Shown here: in pieces, positions 9,003 to 17,433 of the stretch
Layout of the letters: every line of letters starts with the position of its first letter
How positions within the stretch are numbered: the stretch's first letter is position 1
Origin: a virus
Virus record (IMG/VR): IMGVR_UViG_3300045450_000145
Span: 119,547 to 183,546 of that record
Reading direction: 5' to 3' (one strand)
Length of the DNA stretch: 64,000 nt
Translations under genes and position numbers: made by a program
The notes under the pieces: generated by a model
Databases searched by the model: none
What the model was told of the DNA's origin: nothing
The model's input: only the letters and a program-made list of their open reading frames with translations

Positions 9003-9670
9003 TGAGCTTACTAAAAGAAATTGCTTTACAAGATCAAGAGATGGAGGTCGAGGGACCTTCTAGCCCTGGTAAGTGGAGCGTCGGCCACATGGCAAATCAT
9101 GGCATTATTTTATCCTGTGATGGCTTTGTCTTAAAGTTAGATTTGCAAGAATTAAATAAGTTTTTGGATATTGCCGAAGATGGTGAAAGCGGTGAGATTA
9201 AAGACCATAACGGCAAGCTAATTTTAGTTGAGCCAACTGATGACAGCATTGTGCTAACTCGTAATGGAGATGAAACATACCCATCTGGGGTAGTTTTAGA
9301 TTTAGAGACTCTTGAAGACCTTGGCATATACAAGGAAGAAGAGGAAGAAAATTTAGAAGAACCTGATAACGAAGTTAATCCTGAAAATGAAGATGATAAA
9401 ATCGAAGGTGTTGATGAAGCGGTGAAGGCTGCATTTAGACGTTCAGGTAATAAGATTAAAAAAGGTTTCAGGGTAACTAGCGGTATTAGAAAAGGCCGAG
9501 TTGTCGCAAATATCAAAACTGCTTATAAGCCACGAGCAAAAGCTTCAACTAGAATGAAGCTTAAGATTGCAGCGCGCAAAAAGAAAGTTATAAGAGTTTT
9601 AAAGTCAAAACGTACTCGTAAGAAATCTATCAGTAAGCGGCTTGTCCGCATGAACCAACGAAGGAAGTAA
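9002..9670 (+). CDS. Prohead core protein, gp68-like (acidic N-half, very basic C-tail)
   Basis: E/D-rich to VDEA, then about 80 aa K/R-rich tail; same late operon. Confidence 0.45.
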   Translation: MSLLKEIALQDQEMEVEGPSSPGKWSVGHMANHGIILSCDGFVLKLDLQELNKFLDIAEDGESGEIKDHNGKLILVEPTDDSIVLTRNGDETYPSGVVLDLETLEDLGIYKEEEEENLEEPDNEVNPENEDDKIEGVDEAVKAAFRRSGNKIKKGFRVTSGIRKGRVVANIKTAYKPRAKASTRMKLKIAARKKKVIRVLKSKRTRKKSISKRLVRMNQRRK

Positions 9671-9671
9671 A

Positions 9672-9974
9672 ATGCAGCTAATTAAGGAACTCTTAAACTT
9701 AGATAAAGCTAAGGATGCACAGGTAACAGAAGCTAAGGCCAATAAAGAACCTGTACAGAAAATGTTCAAAATGGAAAATGGAAAAGGCGAAGATGATAAT
9801 GTTCAGTTTAGCATGAGAAGCCGAGACGCATCAGCTGAAACTAAAAAGTTGCTTAAGGCATTAAACGTAGAAGTCTGGAACGAAGACGGTCAAACTTTCG
9901 TCAATGGCGCAAAGGGCGATGTTGCTAAAATTAAGAAAATCCTAAAGGGCGCTGGCTTTATTGCCACAAAATAA
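9672..9974 (+). CDS. Hypothetical, probable internal head protein
   Basis: 100 aa, MQLIKELL N-terminus, VTEA site, translationally coupled to neighbours. Confidence 0.6.
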   Translation: MQLIKELLNLDKAKDAQVTEAKANKEPVQKMFKMENGKGEDDNVQFSMRSRDASAETKKLLKALNVEVWNEDGQTFVNGAKGDVAKIKKILKGAGFIATK

Positions 9975-10645
9975 TGTATACATACAAAGACCTAGAGACA
10001 GAAACTAAGTTTTCAAAAAGGTACTACATCACCCCGCGTGGGTCGTACCCGTCTATTACCACCATTTTAGGCACTACACACCCGCCAGAAAAGGTGAAGG
10101 CACTTGAGGGCTGGAGAAATTCTCTAGGTCATGCCAAGGCAGACGCAGTCAGCAAGAAGGCAACTGATCATGGCACCAATGTACACTTATTAATTGAGAG
10201 GCACTTAAAAGGAGAACAGGTGGATGCACCTATTAATGGTGAGCCTGTTCCCTATAATGACTTTAAAGCCTACAGCGCCTTGAAGCTAAAATTAAAAAAC
10301 ATTACAGAAGTTTGGGGCCAAGAAGTTCCACTATATTCTGACTCTATTGAGGTCGCTGGCAGATGCGACTTTGTCGGCAAGTACAAAGATACACCCGTCA
10401 TTATCGACTTTAAGACTTCATCTAAAGTAAAGAGCGACAAGGACATCTTTGATTATAAACTGCAGCTTTCATTTTACGCAATTGCTCATAATGAAATGTT
10501 TAATACTAACATCGAGCACGGCGTTATTTTAATGGTTGCAGAAACTGGATTTCCACTCGAGTTCCATATTAAACTATCTGATTATTATGAGGACCTTGGA
10601 AAGCGAATAGAAAAGTTCAGGGAAACCTTAATAAATAAACAATGA
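9974..10645 (+). CDS. PD-(D/E)XK exonuclease (RecB/lambda-exo-like)
   Basis: YPSITTIL, GTNVH, EVPLY, AGRCD, IIDFKTS and YKLQLSFYA motifs. Confidence 0.85.
   Translation: MYTYKDLETETKFSKRYYITPRGSYPSITTILGTTHPPEKVKALEGWRNSLGHAKADAVSKKATDHGTNVHLLIERHLKGEQVDAPINGEPVPYNDFKAYSALKLKLKNITEVWGQEVPLYSDSIEVAGRCDFVGKYKDTPVIIDFKTSSKVKSDKDIFDYKLQLSFYAIAHNEMFNTNIEHGVILMVAETGFPLEFHIKLSDYYEDLGKRIEKFRETLINKQ
10631..10637 (+). promoter_or_regulatory. T4-like late promoter ATAAATA
   Basis: 26 nt upstream of ORF 10664, inside the 3' end of the exonuclease gene. Confidence 0.45.
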
Positions 10646-10663
10646 TTAAACATAGGAATTATT

Positions 10664-11236
10664 ATGGCTAAAATTGTTATTATTGCCCCAAGCGGCGCCG
10701 AAGATATTGATGACGCAGTAAAACTTTTACGCTCCGCAGGGCATGATGTAGAAATTGAAGAACCCACTGCTAAAACTCTATTGCATATCGTATTAGGTTT
10801 AATGGGCCCAAGTGCATATGGCTTCGGCGCTGGTTATGCATACAAGCCCGGCACCAAGGCTGAAGATGCAGATAAGGATGATGAAGACGAGGACGAAAAC
10901 AAGGGTGACGCAGATACTGAAGAAGATACAGATGGTGACGCCGGTGGCGATAGCGACTTTAACTTTGAGGGTGTCATGGTCGACGGTGTGCCAGTTAAAG
11001 CCATCAAGACTGATAATGAACACACTGTCTTTGAAGTAAAAGATTTAATCAAAACTAATGGCAAAGTCGTCTATACGGTCAATGAAAGCGTATTTACATT
11101 CTATCCATCAGAAGAAAACACGCTGCGCGTCTTAATTGAACAGAATCAATTCGGTTCTACTAAGTTAGTCCAAATTAAGAAGGGCAATGAGACCGTTCTT
11201 AAGATTGGCAAGGATCTTATTCAATCCTTTAAGTAA
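10664..11236 (+). CDS. Hypothetical protein with central acidic linker
   Basis: 190 aa, SD AGGA, D/E tract between two compact segments. Confidence 0.7.
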   Translation: MAKIVIIAPSGAEDIDDAVKLLRSAGHDVEIEEPTAKTLLHIVLGLMGPSAYGFGAGYAYKPGTKAEDADKDDEDEDENKGDADTEEDTDGDAGGDSDFNFEGVMVDGVPVKAIKTDNEHTVFEVKDLIKTNGKVVYTVNESVFTFYPSEENTLRVLIEQNQFGSTKLVQIKKGNETVLKIGKDLIQSFK

Positions 11237-11258
11237 TTAAAATTAGTCATAAAATATA

Positions 11259-11897
11259 ATGCAAAATACACATAGCCCGTTTGAGGTGATTGAAGATTTT
11301 ATTTCGCCCGCAAAGTGTGATAAGATTATTGAGGAATTTGGCTTATCAGCGCCAACAGTCGACGAGAAGGGTAAAGCCGATAAGAACGTTCGATTCATTT
11401 CTCAAGTTGATGCATTTACTGCAATTAAAGCTGCTTTAGCTGACAATGCTCCAGCTATTGAAGCCCGTTATAATTGCGTTATTCAATCATTTGAAACACC
11501 TGCATTTATGCAGTACTTTGAAAATCCACAGGCGCCATGTGAGCCGCATGGTTGTGAAAATTCAAAGTTTGTAAGACGAAAGTGGGTAAAGAACAAAGAC
11601 GTCGATCTAGTTGGGTATTTGTGGCTGAAGGACTATAATAATGGGGTGCCACTAGACCCACGATTTGAAGTATATGGTGGTAAGCTAGAATTTCCATCTT
11701 ATGATTTTAGCTTATTGCCACAAAAGGGAACCTTAGTTCTATTCCCGGCTGGACCACACTTTATCACTGCAATTTCACCAGTATTAGTTGGGTCTCTAGA
11801 GCTAGTAAAGATCAGCATTAAAATTAGAACTAGAGATGATCAACTTTGGTTATATCAGCCATCTAATTTTGCAGGTACGTATCAGGACTGGTTTTAA
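11259..11897 (+). CDS. 2OG-Fe(II) oxygenase-fold protein (P4H-like) with degenerate active site
   Basis: VIEDFISPAKC, YLWLKD, GGKLEFP, PQKGTLVLFP and SPVLVG match the P4Hc scaffold; HxD, distal His and Arg are altered. Confidence 0.7.
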   Translation: MQNTHSPFEVIEDFISPAKCDKIIEEFGLSAPTVDEKGKADKNVRFISQVDAFTAIKAALADNAPAIEARYNCVIQSFETPAFMQYFENPQAPCEPHGCENSKFVRRKWVKNKDVDLVGYLWLKDYNNGVPLDPRFEVYGGKLEFPSYDFSLLPQKGTLVLFPAGPHFITAISPVLVGSLELVKISIKIRTRDDQLWLYQPSNFAGTYQDWF

Positions 11898-11899
11898 TT

Positions 11900-11926
11900 A
11901 AAAAGGGAGCATAATGCTCCCTTTTT
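11900..11926. terminator. Bidirectional intrinsic terminator
   Basis: AAAAAGGGAGC-ATAAT-GCTCCCTTTTT between convergent genes. Confidence 0.9.
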
Positions 11927-12884
11927 AATATTGCTTCCAATATCCAGCATTACTAGTATCCCCAGCCCACTCATAGATTTTATTCACATTGCCCATCATA
12001 CCATTGTATTGCTCACCATAATTGATGTGGATGATGGATCGAATTGGGCCAGTGCTTTCTCCGACGGGTGTAGGTGGCAAGCCATCACCGTTCTCCAAAT
12101 AGGTATCTGAGAAAATGGATAGGAAGTCATCATCAACTTCATCATCCTGTTCGTCAAATTTAGGATTAGGAGCTTGAGGAGGTGGTTGCCCTTCAACTGC
12201 CTTAGGAATACCTGATCTCGGCATCATTTCGATCCATGGATCACTGTCATTAATTTGTTTACGTAAATCTTCAATTGACCAACCTTCAGTTGTAATTGTC
12301 GTACTCCCACCTTCACCACCATCTCCAGTAGTAGTGGTTTTACTTTCTCTTTTTAAGTCATATACTCTAACTCTAGGCTTAATAACGATGATGCTATTTG
12401 AAGTAACTTCTTCATTCTTTAATTTAAGCTTACATGCCAATTTATTCTTAACATAAAATAGCTTATTGAAAGTATACTCGCCTAGCTCTTCCTCTAGTGC
12501 CATCCCCACCGCTATTTTTAAACTAATACTGTATCTGCGCGCGATTGGCTTCGTCGTTAGGTTCTCAATAGTGTAGCGCTCATTCCAATTTAATTCCTGG
12601 TCTAATAACTCTATTTCTGCCGGTCCGTTCACATTTTCTGCATATAATGTGTTGTGATTTGTAACAATAAGCTTGCCTTTTAATTCCCCCTCTTCCCCCG
12701 GAATAGTTGAAGTAAACTCTTCCATTCTAATTGAAATCTTATTGCCTTCACCACCAGGGTCTCTAGCCCTAAAATAGGTGCCGCCAATAAACAACCGTGC
12801 TCGTCTAGTTGAACGCGTTTTAATAAATGGTTCGTCTGTTTTATTTGCCCTATATGCATAGGTTGGCATACTTCCACTTGGCAT
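11925..12884 (-). CDS. Hypothetical protein, probably structural (last gene of PAAR operon)
   Basis: 319 aa, follows PAAR gene with a 3-nt gap. Confidence 0.65.
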   Translation of the reverse strand: MPSGSMPTYAYRANKTDEPFIKTRSTRRARLFIGGTYFRARDPGGEGNKISIRMEEFTSTIPGEEGELKGKLIVTNHNTLYAENVNGPAEIELLDQELNWNERYTIENLTTKPIARRYSISLKIAVGMALEEELGEYTFNKLFYVKNKLACKLKLKNEEVTSNSIIVIKPRVRVYDLKRESKTTTTGDGGEGGSTTITTEGWSIEDLRKQINDSDPWIEMMPRSGIPKAVEGQPPPQAPNPKFDEQDDEVDDDFLSIFSDTYLENGDGLPPTPVGESTGPIRSIIHINYGEQYNGMMGNVNKIYEWAGDTSNAGYWKQY

Positions 12885-12887
12885 AAT

Positions 12888-13184
12888 TTATTCCTCAATT
12901 GAAACTGAGTCTGCTCCAGTCACTACTACTCCATCATGGATATTCTTACCACATCGATGTGGTGCAATTTTAGTTTTACCCATAATTGCAATTGGATTGT
13001 TATTTGCAAAGACTGTTGTTGACCATGAACCAATTAGCACTGTAGGTGGAAAGCAGCCATGACCCGTAGTTTTATTCTTATTTGTAGTTGCAACAGGCAT
13101 GCCACCCATAAAGACGTTGCTTGAACCTTGTGCAACGTGATCTCCACAACTGATACTATCCCCAATGCGCACAGCGTTCCCCAT
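12888..13184 (-). CDS. PAAR-type tail spike tip protein (T4 gp5.4-like)
   Basis: Start ATG 13184 with SD AGGA; AVRIGD...CGD...GSSNVF, GHGCFPP, HRCG...H Zn-binding pattern. Confidence 0.85.
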   Translation of the reverse strand: MGNAVRIGDSISCGDHVAQGSSNVFMGGMPVATTNKNKTTGHGCFPPTVLIGSWSTTVFANNNPIAIMGKTKIAPHRCGKNIHDGVVVTGADSVSIEE

Positions 13185-13188
13185 GATT

Positions 13189-13770
13189 TTATCCTGCGTC
13201 AGCGTTGATAATAAAGCTTGGCCTAATGCCCTTAGCAATCAAAATATTTCTTAGCCTCCCCGGACTTACCACAGTAGTTTCAAATTCCATACCACCATGT
13301 TGCCAACTTTTAGCTGCCATCTCACTGCATACTTGTTTGTCTGTTTCTTTCTTTTGCACACCAAAGAATTCATTTAAGCCTATAACAATCAAGTTCCAGA
13401 ATCCATATTGCTCGAAACCTATATTAGTTAGTAAGTAGTCCTCCACCTTTTCAGCATTAACATAATCTGGCCGGTGATGAACTTCCATTTTATGGTCCTT
13501 AAAGTGACTTAGCTCTACAATTCTACGGTTAGTGCCAACAGATTCAACTAGCATTAATCTCCTAATGCCTGTTTCACTTGTCATCCACAGCGCGACCCCA
13601 GTATGATAGATTTTTGAACCTGTAAAGAACATCGTTGTATATGTGGTTATGCGATGTAGGGTGGAATCTTCGTGAGACATGAAGAAGCTAATAATGTCAC
13701 CATTCTTAATTTGATCTCGTGCTTCATCATAAGTCAGCTTTATATCTGGCGGTGACGTATCAATTGACAT
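13189..13770 (-). CDS. Permuted papain-like NlpC/P60 amidase (YiiX/YaeF-like)
   Basis: GDIISF...YHTGVAL (His first), later YGF...VCSEMAA (Cys) and VSPG.L; start re-assigned to ATG 13770. Confidence 0.8.
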   Translation of the reverse strand: MSIDTSPPDIKLTYDEARDQIKNGDIISFFMSHEDSTLHRITTYTTMFFTGSKIYHTGVALWMTSETGIRRLMLVESVGTNRRIVELSHFKDHKMEVHHRPDYVNAEKVEDYLLTNIGFEQYGFWNLIVIGLNEFFGVQKKETDKQVCSEMAAKSWQHGGMEFETTVVSPGRLRNILIAKGIRPSFIINADAG

Positions 13771-13777
13771 TAGTTTT

Positions 13778-15418
13778 TCATATTGACTTAGCATAAGCTA
13801 GAAGCTCCCTTGATCTTTTTAACCAGCCGTTGATGTATTTCTGACGCTGTGGATTTTCTAAAACAATATTCTGCATGAATGCCTGTTGGGCTTGCTGTAA
13901 TGCTTCACACGCCTTTAAATCGGGTAAGTTATCAAAATCTACATTACGCTTGATAATATTTGCATTACCCACTCCGTGCAGATAGTTCATGTCAAACAAC
14001 ATAATTGCGCACCTAGGCCGTAATTTAGATAGCTGTTCAGGTCCTCTTTTCCAATAGTTATTCAAACCAGTCTTCTTGGCACTAGCATAATTCATGCTAT
14101 TAACTTTTATACTTGGGTTTGGTCCTTGCGCAATTCCAAATTTGGTCTCTCCGCCGGGATAGCCCGGCGTATTTACATATCCGGTCTTTTTACGTTGTGG
14201 TGGGGTTTCAATTAAGCCCTGCGATACTTCCGGATCATTGGGTGAGCTTAGACTCCAGTGGGGCCCAACTTCATGCTGCATCGTAAAGAACCATGCTCGT
14301 TCAAATGGATCTTCAATGTTATTTGGCGGCACATCTTCGTTTGTTTCGTTTGGGTCTTTTGGATATTCTGGCCCAAATGCTTCACAGCCATTTTCACGTG
14401 CATCTACATTGTCCTTTGTTAAAACCGCCTGTGAATTAGTTTGCGTAATAATTGTGCCAGCTTTTGCCGTATTGTCTGGATTAGTTTCTTGAGCTACATC
14501 CAGAGACCCCCGGATGTATGGCACTGGATCAACTTTAGTACCTGATGGTAAGCGGCATTCGAAGTGCAGGTGAGCCCCTGTGCCTACACCGGTATTGCCC
14601 TCTAAGCCGATTTTCTGACCAGCCGAAACTTTTTGCCCGACGCTAACGTAAATTTTATTCAAGTGCATATAGACTGTAGTGCACAAATGTTTACCTGCAC
14701 CATTAAGGTGCTTTACTTTAATGTAATTGCCGGCACCGCCATTTTGAAACCCTGTAAATTCTACTTCACCATCAGCAGCCGCTAAAATATCTCCGATCTT
14801 ACCGCCAGGTAAAGCAAAGTCTGCGCCACCATGCTGGCTTGAGGCGCCAGTAGTTGGCGGTCTTCTAGGACCAAACTTTGAAGTCACGATAGAACCAGGC
14901 AGCGGGTGAATGAATTTAATTTCATTAGAACCGGTGGCTAGTGCAGGAGAAAATGTAAAGGCGCGAGTGTCAATTTCTTCACCCTTACTATCTTTAGCGG
15001 TAATTTTGATCTTAATGCTCTTGCCAAAATACTCTTTTGCAAATTGACCTTTTAGCAAGCCACTGCTGGTAAAAGTGACTGTGGTGCCAATATTCGTAAT
15101 AATATTGTCAGCATCATCTTTCATTTCCCAACGAGATGCCTGCTTGTATTCTGGATTATTACCATTATGCGTCATCTCAAACTGAACGCCATTGCCATTA
15201 ATGCCAACTTTGGCACCTCCAGTTAATGGAATGTCAGTATTGCGAATTTTATTTGGGATTTCTTCGGTTTTGTCATCCATTCGGCCAGTGGTATTACCTG
15301 ACCTTTTCATATAGCAATCTACTGATTCGCCTTTGCGAATGTCAGTGTCTTGAGCTGGAACATCGGTGTCACCACTTGTTCCAACACTCACCTTAGTTGG
15401 AGCTGGGCAGCAACTCAT
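13778..15418 (-). CDS. Dual-domain peptidoglycan hydrolase: M23 metallopeptidase + GH108-like muramidase
   Basis: M23 HGGAD (HxxxD), VYMHL, AHLHFE (HxH); C-terminal GYVNTPGYPGGETKFGI, LFDMNYLHG and YINGWLKR of GH108/PG_binding_3. Confidence 0.85.
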   Translation of the reverse strand: MSCCPAPTKVSVGTSGDTDVPAQDTDIRKGESVDCYMKRSGNTTGRMDDKTEEIPNKIRNTDIPLTGGAKVGINGNGVQFEMTHNGNNPEYKQASRWEMKDDADNIITNIGTTVTFTSSGLLKGQFAKEYFGKSIKIKITAKDSKGEEIDTRAFTFSPALATGSNEIKFIHPLPGSIVTSKFGPRRPPTTGASSQHGGADFALPGGKIGDILAAADGEVEFTGFQNGGAGNYIKVKHLNGAGKHLCTTVYMHLNKIYVSVGQKVSAGQKIGLEGNTGVGTGAHLHFECRLPSGTKVDPVPYIRGSLDVAQETNPDNTAKAGTIITQTNSQAVLTKDNVDARENGCEAFGPEYPKDPNETNEDVPPNNIEDPFERAWFFTMQHEVGPHWSLSSPNDPEVSQGLIETPPQRKKTGYVNTPGYPGGETKFGIAQGPNPSIKVNSMNYASAKKTGLNNYWKRGPEQLSKLRPRCAIMLFDMNYLHGVGNANIIKRNVDFDNLPDLKACEALQQAQQAFMQNIVLENPQRQKYINGWLKRSRELLAYAKSI

Positions 15419-15421
15419 TTA

Positions 15422-15856
15422 TTATCTTCCTCGAATTCTAGAGATGAAGTTAGACACTGCTCCACCTGTATTTCTGGTTGATGTTGCGCCTTGACTAGTT
15501 GTTTGTGGTTGAATTACTCTAGCTGAGTTTGGAGTGGCCGTTGCGCGTGGGGTTACAGTTGCCATATCACCAGCTTCAGCTGCACTTACTGGGCTTTCAT
15601 AGAAATTAACTAAGGTCTGGATCATACCTTCCAAGTTAGCAACATATTCTTCGGTATTATTAATCCAAGTTGCAACTTGGTTGTTTGTAGGATTAGTTGT
15701 GTTGATGGTCGGTGGTAAAGGCGGTAAGGTCTTTAAAGCATCCGGTGCCGTTCTAATTACATACTGTGACCTTACTACAATTTGTGGGTTATTAAAATCA
15801 CCCCGCGCGGCGCACCCGGTCATGAGTAAAGCTAAGCTTAGAAGTATAAATTTCAT
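15422..15856 (-). CDS. o-spanin (outer-membrane lipoprotein, Rz1-like)
   Basis: Signal peptide with lipobox LMTG-C, Pro-rich mature part, downstream of i-spanin. Confidence 0.75.
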   Translation of the reverse strand: MKFILLSLALLMTGCAARGDFNNPQIVVRSQYVIRTAPDALKTLPPLPPTINTTNPTNNQVATWINNTEEYVANLEGMIQTLVNFYESPVSAAEAGDMATVTPRATATPNSARVIQPQTTSQGATSTRNTGGAVSNFISRIRGR

Positions 15857-15859
15857 ATA

Positions 15860-16282
15860 TTATCTCTCTGCTGATCTGCGTCTAACTCTATCCTCTTGAA
15901 TACTCCCAATCAAAGGCCCAAATACTGGGGCAGCTGCACCTGCATTAACCGAATTAGATGCTTGATTTTGAATAATTACCTCACGAGTAACAGTATTTTG
16001 TCTATTAGTCGCTCGATTATCATTGATTGTATTTAATGCTTTATTTGCGAGGTCCCGTTCATACTGAAGAGATTCAATCGTTCTTTGGCTTTCGGCATTG
16101 GCAGTTACTGCCTTATCTCTTTCAACTGCCACTGCATCACGTTGTGAGATGGCTGTGTCGCGCTGTAAAGTCAAATTCTTAACATCGGAGTTTTTCTTAA
16201 ATGCCCACACACCAAGGGTAGCCACTAAAACAATAATAGCAATACCCTTAATACCGCCTAATAATGTAAAAATGGCGCCCAT
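15860..16282 (-). CDS. i-spanin (Rz-like)
   Basis: N-terminal TM helix followed by periplasmic coiled coil; adjacent to lipoprotein gene. Confidence 0.75.
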   Translation of the reverse strand: MGAIFTLLGGIKGIAIIVLVATLGVWAFKKNSDVKNLTLQRDTAISQRDAVAVERDKAVTANAESQRTIESLQYERDLANKALNTINDNRATNRQNTVTREVIIQNQASNSVNAGAAAPVFGPLIGSIQEDRVRRRSAER

Positions 16283-16293
16283 CTGTATTTACC

Positions 16294-16500
16294 TTAAACC
16301 AATACCGCAGTACCTGACTGCGGTAATGAGAAGACCACCGTCATTCTATTAATAGAATCATGCACAATATCACGTGGCAAGATTTTAGTTCTTTGCCCGT
16401 TAAAATCGATAATGACGTCAATGTTGGGTGTGTGACCTAAGTTGTGATCAATTACCCAAGAAATGCTTGGGCTTGTTTGCTTATGTGTAAATGTCTTCAT
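16294..16500 (-). CDS. Small structural protein, single W-x-I-x-H-N-L module
   Basis: SWVIDHNLGHTPNIDV...ILPRDI...TVVFS...GTAVL. Confidence 0.65.
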   Translation of the reverse strand: MKTFTHKQTSPSISWVIDHNLGHTPNIDVIIDFNGQRTKILPRDIVHDSINRMTVVFSLPQSGTAVLV

Positions 16501-16721
16501 TATGAAACCCTTGCGAAACCGCTTCTTGGTTCAGTAAAAGTTACAGCGCAATTGAGTTCATCAATATACTCGATGCTTTTAGGCATGACCCGTCTAATCT
16601 CACCATTATATAAAATGAACACATCAATAATTGGATATGTGTTCAAGTTGTGATTGACGTTCCAAACCATTGCAGCATCTTCCTGTAAATGTTGGTAGGA
16701 TGTAGATACTTGCGGTGTCAT
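16500..16721 (-). CDS. Small structural protein, single W-x-V-x-H-N-L module
   Basis: VWNVNHNLNTYPIIDV...VMPKSI...AVTFT...GFARV. Confidence 0.65.
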   Translation of the reverse strand: MTPQVSTSYQHLQEDAAMVWNVNHNLNTYPIIDVFILYNGEIRRVMPKSIEYIDELNCAVTFTEPRSGFARVS

Positions 16722-16724
16722 GAT

Positions 16725-17330
16725 TTAGATTAACTTTACAATGCCAGTGAAAGCCTCAGAGAATCTCACTGTAAGTTGATTTAAAGAGTTATGAACGATA
16801 GCCAGTGGCTGAACTTCCTGGTTACCAACAAACACTCTAACGATCGGCTCTCTACCTAAACCATGGTTAATAACCCAGTCGGTAGCGGCTTCTGTTTGAT
16901 AGTGAATAAATGAGTAAGTTGGCTTGACATTTCCATCATTGTGCCCAGTTAAAACAATTGCACGACCACTTAATGGTGCGTGAGTATCAACTGTTACTGT
17001 GTTAGCATCAACGATAGTAATTTCGTCAGGAATAATTACTCTATTTGAAGTATCAAACACCTGAACTTGAACACTAGTTGTATTCAAGTTATGTTTGATT
17101 GTCCACATGCTTTGCGCTGTATTTTGTGAGTGCGTGTAAAGAGTTAGCTCTCTAGTTAACGGCACCCAAACAGGCAAGTTACCATTGGTCAAATCAACGC
17201 AGATGTAAAGAATCTTGTTTACAAACGCAAGCTGCCCAACTTTAGGAGTGGACGGGAATCTCTCTTCTATAGGTATAACTGAATTTTGCAGTTCATTCTG
17301 TTGCAGGTTTGCGTGACCGTAGAACTTCAT
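16725..17330 (-). CDS. Structural protein with two HNL/HGL modules
   Basis: MWTIKHNLN and DWVINHGLG repeats; own late promoter at 17361-17367. Confidence 0.7.
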   Translation of the reverse strand: MKFYGHANLQQNELQNSVIPIEERFPSTPKVGQLAFVNKILYICVDLTNGNLPVWVPLTRELTLYTHSQNTAQSMWTIKHNLNTTSVQVQVFDTSNRVIIPDEITIVDANTVTVDTHAPLSGRAIVLTGHNDGNVKPTYSFIHYQTEAATDWVINHGLGREPIVRVFVGNQEVQPLAIVHNSLNQLTVRFSEAFTGIVKLI

Positions 17331-17360
17331 TTGGTTTTCTCCTTGTTAGCGCTTTGACTT

Positions 17361-17367
17361 TATTTAT
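17361..17367 (-). promoter_or_regulatory. T4-like late promoter ATAAATA
   Basis: Plus-strand TATTTAT, 30 nt upstream of ORF 17330. Confidence 0.6.
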
Positions 17368-17378
17368 GGGCAAGCAAT

Positions 17379-17410
17379 AAAAAAGGACTGGCAAGAATAT
17401 TACCAGTCCT
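17379..17410 (-). terminator. Intrinsic terminator after fibre gene
   Basis: Minus strand AGGACTGG-11 nt-CCAGTCCT followed by T run. Confidence 0.75.
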
Positions 17411-17433
17411 CTAATACTAACCAGTTTAGTTTA

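Noticed and set aside
9974-10645. Cas4-like nuclease suggesting a CRISPR adaptation module
   Set aside because: No four-Cys Fe-S cluster motif, no cas1/cas2 and no repeat-spacer array seen; ordinary phage PD-(D/E)XK exonuclease
15422-16282. Either membrane protein as a holin
   Set aside because: One has a lipobox and the other a single TM plus long coiled coil, fitting o- and i-spanin; no multi-TM small ORF is present here
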